A stretch of DNA of 64,000 bases from Owenia fusiformis. Its lineage: Eukaryota. How positions within the stretch are numbered: position 1 is the stretch's first letter; each line of letters begins with the position of its first letter. The DNA lies in NCBI GenBank assembly GCA_903813345.2, contig CAIIXF020000001.1, forward strand, positions 18,228,001-18,292,000. The letters run 5' to 3'. Below the pieces are notes generated by a model. That model saw nothing but the letters and a program-made list of their open reading frames with translations, made no database searches and was not told the origin of the DNA. This document shows, piece after piece, positions 58,331 through 64,000 of this stretch. The translations under genes and the position numbers were made by a program.

Positions 58331-60479
58331 TTTTCTAGGATTGTCTAGTTATCGCTAAAATGTTATGGTTAATATTGAAATATAGAAATATAGTGCACCA
58401 CTTAGTCATACAGAACCCGACATGGGTCACCCGTCTATGGCGGCAAATAAAAAATCCTATATCCATTATCATCGAGGATATTGTTCAACATATAATGAGC
58501 ACAAGGCAATAAAGTTTTCAAAAGCTTTATGTAATTGAAAAAGGACAATGTCTAATGAAGGCTGAAACAAATTAGAAACAACGGCTTAACTCAGTCTCTC
58601 TTCGCCTTAATAGAATGATAGATAAGCAACTATTCTAATAATTTGTTGACAAAAACGCCGGTGTTCGGATATACCTTGACATATTTCTGCCATTCGTGAT
58701 AAATTGATATGATTAATTGATTGAAAATGTTCTCTTTAATGTTTTTTAATGTGTGTAGTGTATTGTGAAGCCCATGAAGTAGGCATTATCTAATTGGCAA
58801 TATGATGGTGCAGGCATATGGCTTCAATTGCTACAGTCATTAACCAAACAAACACTGACTATCTGCATGATAAACACATGATTATTTTGACATATCAGAA
58901 ATAAACGACCATGTTTTACAAAACACATCCATTATAATAAATCATACCTAAAAGTAAAACATGATTTTGGCTTCTGCCATGCACGCAAAATGGTGCTAAG
59001 TCTATGTAGGATGAAACGTGTTACTTTGATGAAGATGATACGAGGACCCTTGCACGGCATATCATTGTACCATGCCCAACATCTACCGGAGATGAGCCAA
59101 AAGATACTACAACAGTGTCATGATAAAATATCCATGACAAAAATAATTGCATGTTCTGTTTGAACTTGAAAGGGGCGAAAACAACCCTTCTTAGAACATA
59201 GAACAATAAACATGACATATACATAGCTTCATACGCTCTCGATTCATCCACAGCATCACGTAAGTGTGGTTTAATGAAATTCACCCTGTCAAATGACGTA
59301 GATTGGAGACCATAGCTTGACATGCCAAACCCTCAAAATGAAAACAGTGACTCATTAGAGCATTAGGTAATCAAACCAACATTTGTGGAATGTGGTAGGG
59401 CTAATTTCACCTTAATTGAAAGTTGTGCTTCTGGAAAGTTACGTACAGCATGCTAATTTCTCAAATGACAGACGGAATTCTATTTGTAAAAATGATTTAT
59501 AAAAAGAATCACATTTATCAAACCTCCTCTGCATTAATCCACTGCAGTTGTTTGAAGTGATGGCTGACATTGCCAGTTGGTGCCGTAATGGATACATCTC
59601 TTACTTTGGTATGTAACCTTTGAAAGAAACTGGGGTAATAGGGTCACTCACCAAAGCTGAAGACAATATAATACACCAACCAGAGCACCATTCGGTCACT
59701 GCAACTTCTTTATGCATGTAGATATCAATCATGTTTCAACAGTTTGTTTATTGTGTACATTCTTTGGAATACATTGAATCTACTCAACTTGTACTCGGGT
59801 ATCAGCTGTTAGCTATGCACACATACAAATTGGTCATTATGGACAGGAGTTTTCAAATTGATAACAATACTCCCATCGTGATGCCTTTGTTCCTTAAATG
59901 TTTATGTGTGAACACAGATGATACACAAAATGGATGAGGCAGCTCAAAAGGAACTATATTGTACTAAATTTAAAACATGTATATGTTCAGTGGTCAAATG
60001 GAAAATAGATATCGATAGATTTGCAAATCAATACATCATTATAGCGACTGTAAAAAGTGCAATTAAAAAGGTCGTCCAACAAAACTGTCTATTTTAAATC
60101 GATTGGAAAAACTAGACAAAGCTTGCTCCGAAGAGGCACTGCCTCATGCCAAACATAGGAATTATTATATCTCCATGTTCTTCTTTTTTCATAATTTGCC
60201 CGTTGTGGTATTTTGAAAAGAATTGACTCCAAACAGTTTCCATTTCATTTCTCACGATAGTAATGTTTCAACTAACCAATGTAACACAGTTTATCAACGT
60301 GATTGACTTTTGATTCAACTGCGGTTACCCACAATGTCCTAAAAGACAAATCAAAGGGAACAACTTAAGAAATGATCGACATCTGTCGACTTGTTAGTAT
60401 GTACTATCCTTAGAAAACTGATATTTCACAGACCAGTGGTGTGTAAAGAGACTGATTGTAATATGACAAAACTCTGGAT

Positions 60480-60700
60480 CATACAACAGTACAATACAAA
60501 ACAGTACATAACAATACAGTATGATACAGTGATACAGTGATACAGTACAATGTAATCCAATACAACACAATACAACATAAAACAATTCAACACACAGCAC
60601 AATACGACACAATTCAATACACTACAATACGATACAATACAATACAATACAATACAATACAATACAATACAATACAATACAATACAATACAACACAATAC
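60480..60700. repeat. (AATAC)n pentanucleotide microsatellite with a degenerate 5' half
   Basis: Pure AATAC run at ~60636-60690, with variants AGTAC/GATAC/AACAC upstream. Confidence 0.95.
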
Positions 60701-61409
60701 CACGGTGCATAATGATATGGCGTGAGATAAGGTTCAGGTTAGGTAAGTTCAGGAATTGATAATCACAGCTGTACAAGGAACAGTGCATGCATGTTTAGGC
60801 ATACAATTTTAGGTCCAGTAAAGAGACTGTAGTAGTGTAAAGAGTGGTTGCATTGTGTTAAATGTAGTTGCAGGTACCATAACAATGCTAGGTTTAGGTA
60901 ACAATTTTGAGAGTGTAGCTATGTTTCAAAACTATTTTTCCTTCGCCAGATATCCGCATATCGAAATTAATTAGACAATCCTCATTTTGAGATAGAATTT
61001 GAGTGACCCTCAAACTCCCTCAGAAGATTCTAAAGTAGCTAATTGTAAGCTATCACCAAGAGGAAGCACATTGTGCAATCTAATGGAGTAATTGATCTAT
61101 CCATTACCTTCTAACGAGCTTAAACTCTCTAAAGTAAAGTAGTTCTTCTAAGACTAATTCTCACTATAAGTAGAATATTTATTTCTTATTATTTCTTATC
61201 AAGAACACATGAGGGGCAACTACAGGGAAACAAAATCAAACAATCATAAAACAAATAGAAACAATTAGTACTAAAACAGAATGGTGTCATGCCGATTTAG
61301 GAATCATAACAACCAACATGCAAATCATCTGAAATTCAAAAGCCTTGATGCAATCGTTAAACATACATGTTAGTCAAAAGAGCATGCCACGAAGAGTGCT
61401 GCTAAAACC

Positions 61410-62533
61410 ACCGTTCATAAACATATTTGGTGATATAAATCTTAAATACGCATCACATCAGACTGGAGATGAAGCTACCTTTTATAAATACATACGGCAA
61501 TATAAACTTAGCTAACAATGTGTTTTCAGATCATGATGGGGCTAGATCTTCTTTCATAAAGATTTTTGGTGATATTTTAACATCGAGCTACAATGCATTT
61601 TCTGATCAGAATGGGGCTTAAGCTGCCTTTCATAAACACATTTGGTGATATTTTAACCTCAAGTTACAATGCATTTCCAGATCAGAAAGGGGTTGAAGCT
61701 GTCTTTCATAAACACATTTGGTGATATTTTAACCTCAAGTTACAATGCATTTTCAGATCAGAAAGGGGTTGAAGCTGCCTTTCATAAACACATTTGGTGA
61801 TATTTTAACCTCAAGCTACAATGCATTTCAGATCAGCATGGGGCTGAAGCTGTCTTTCATAAACACTATTTGGTGCTATTTTAACCTCAAGCTACAATGC
61901 ATTTCAGATCAGCATGGGGCTGAAGCTGTCTTCCATAAACACTATTTGGTGATATTTTAACCTCAAGTTACGATGTACTTTCAGATCAGAATGGGGCTGA
62001 AGCTGCCTTTCATAAACACATTTGGTGATATTTCAACCTCAAGTTACAATGCATTTCAGATCAGAATGGGGCTGAAGCTGCCTTTCATAAACACATTTGG
62101 TGATATTTTAACCTCAAGTTACAATGCATTTTCAGATCAGAAAGGGGCTGTAGCTATCTTTCATCAACACATTTGTTGATATTTTAACCTCGAGCTACAA
62201 TGCATTTCAGATCAGAATGGGGCGGAAGCTGCCTTTCATAAACTCATTTGGTGATATTTTAACCTGGAGTTGCCATGCACTTTCAGATCAGAATGGGTCT
62301 GAAGCTGACTTTCAAAACGTACATATTTGATCGATTTTTTAACATCAAGTTACAATGCATTTCCAGATCAGAAAGGGGCTAAAGCTGTCTTTCATAAACA
62401 CATTTGGTGATATTTTAACCTCAAGCTACAATGCATTTCAGATCAGAATGGGGCTGAACCTGCCTTTCAAAACACATTTGGTCATATATTAACTTCAAGT
62501 TGCAATGCATTTTCAGATCAGAATGGGGCTGAA
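61410..62533 (+). repeat. ~75 bp tandem array (~15 units) overlapping the Scr intron/exon-2 junction
   Basis: Unit GCTGCCTTTCATAAACACATTTGGTGATATTTTAACCTCAAGTTACAATGCATTT(T)CAGATCAGAATGGGGCTGAA, with unit spacing of 75-80 bp. The last unit ends inside the coding exon. Confidence 0.97.
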
Positions 62534-62830
62534 ACGAAGAGGACCCGTACCTCATACACTCGTCACCAAACTCTGGAGCTAGAGAAGGAATTCCATTTCA
62601 ACCGTTATCTAACAAGACGTCGCCGAATAGAAATAGCCCATTCTCTCAATCTCACTGAAAGACAGATAAAAATTTGGTTCCAAAACAGAAGAATGAAATG
62701 GAAGAAGGAACATAAGCTAGCACATTTAGCCAAATCACAAGCTAAGATGCTGGATCTCGCTCTTGCCCAGAGAGCAGCAGAGGCCAAGATGCATCACCAT
62801 GCAGCCCATGGACACACCTTGCATCTATAA
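62517..62830 (+). CDS. Scr: Scr/Hox5 homeobox gene, coding exon 2 (homeodomain); absent from the supplied ORF track
   Basis: A TTTTCAG|AT acceptor at 62516/62517 is in phase 1. My translation is (D)[107 protein letters not shown] and KKEHK are Scr/Hox5 signatures. The intron is 7959 bp and the predicted protein is 303 aa. Confidence 0.95.
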
Positions 62831-63540
62831 ACAAACATGAACTCACGCTGTCACTTGACATTTTAGAGAATTGGTTCGAGATTTGAGTGATGTACCTCTT
62901 GCATTTGCAAGCTTGGCTGGAAATGATATGTGGCTGAGAACAGGGTAAAGAAGTCTACTGGAATAATGTAGAGGTGCAAGAAATCTATATATTCACTGAT
63001 ATAGGTGCCAGGGTAAACCTACTCGCGAACGGTGCCAGGGTAAACAGAATATATATGTTATATGTTGCATTAGTAGCATACATAACATTTGACCTATTTT
63101 ATGATTAGATGCATTTTATGGTAATAGGTAGATACAAACTGTGCAATACTTCATGAAATCATCAACAAGACGACGACGATAAACACGTTGTAAAGGAACT
63201 TACAGAGGTGCATGCATATACTGTAGACCTAGTGAATTAAAAATACTCCTTCAGAAAGGGTAAACAGATCGACATTCGTATGTATATAGAGGGTAATATT
63301 TGAATAGTAAGGAATGAACTTGATTGAATTTTAAAATATTTAACAATCCACCGATGGCATAGACATAAAATCATCAAGACACATGTTTATTTAGTTATAT
63401 TGCATGAGATAACTTGAATGTAGCCATGTAACTCCTAAAATTGTATTTACAATAGCATTTCAATAACACATTTAAATTCAAGAAAATAAATTTAAAAGTT
63501 TTTTAATTAAGCTGTGGAAATAAAGTATTATAATAGTATT
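62831..63540 (+). promoter_or_regulatory. Putative Scr 3' UTR with miR-10-family seed matches and poly(A) signals
   Basis: ACAGGGTA at 62940-62947, and CAGGGTA at 63009-63015 and 63036-63042. AATAAA at 63485-63490 and 63519-63524. The UTR end is inferred. Confidence 0.6.
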
Positions 63541-64000
63541 ATTTCATCTTTGAATTAATTTGCCTCACAAATTTAAATTTGCCTAGACTTTTGTCATATC
63601 CTGGTTCTGCGTCTGAAGTGTTTGGTAATGTTGGAGTATCTTGGTTTGAGTTGTCTCTCATTCAGTCTGGAACTAGGCATATAATGACATTGTATTTACA
63701 CTATTGTCTTTATTGTGAAAATGTGATGATATTGTCATGAATATGGGTACCCTACATTTTAAGGGAACCAACCACTGATGGTTGCCAAATGTAGAATGTA
63801 AATAGTCAAAATAATGTGAATGTCAGGTAAATGTGTATAGTGTAGATGTTTCATAATCAGCTTATATAATTACAGCAGGTATATATTTATTGTAAGAGTA
63901 TATGTCTTGTCTGGTGCTTCACAAGTACAACTTGGTCAAGAGGGTAACTTTTTCAAATTTCAATAACTACTTTTGTGATCGTTTTATGTAATACATCATG

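Noticed and set aside
60394-60788. IVLYC / IQYNT repeat ORFs
   Set aside because: They are translations of the (AATAC)n microsatellite.
61745-62179. 71 aa and 68 aa ORFs in the acceptor array
   Set aside because: They are frames wandering through 75-77 bp repeat units and end in stops before the homeobox.
61410-62516. Recursive splicing or micro-exon interpretation of the acceptor array
   Set aside because: Junctions are AG|AT, not AG|GT. The only internal donor-like site (TG|GTGATA) is weak, out of phase and leaves too short an intron to the next acceptor.
62605-62787. Minus-strand 60 aa ORF (also 54332-54556 minus and 54015-54263 plus)
   Set aside because: These are antisense or alternate-frame shadows of Scr coding exons.

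Overview
AT-rich animal genomic DNA containing the central part of a spiralian (probably mollusc, possibly bivalve) Hox cluster. All three genes lie on the + strand. They are a miR-10-family microRNA hairpin (~308-389), a two-exon Lox5 gene (27112-27586 + 29120-29418, with the KLTGP parapeptide) and a two-exon Scr/Hox5 gene (53960-54557 + 62517-62830). The rest is non-coding. It holds a composite 57-59 bp satellite field with a Helentron/HINE-like insert, decayed Tc1/mariner elements, hairpin-type non-autonomous elements and microsatellites. The most unusual structure is a ~15-copy, ~75 bp tandem array (~61410-62533) whose unit is the Scr exon-2 splice acceptor itself: branch-point-like TTAAC, TTTCAG and the first 17 coding nt. 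Eleven upstream acceptor copies lead to in-frame stops. The penultimate copy would add 25 aa in frame between YPWM and the homeodomain. Also notable are clustered miR-10 seed matches in the Scr 3' UTR, a degenerate Lox5 hexapeptide (YSTWV), and a CCAAT/E-box module shared by both Hox promoters. Splice models and regulatory calls come from sequence only, with no expression data.
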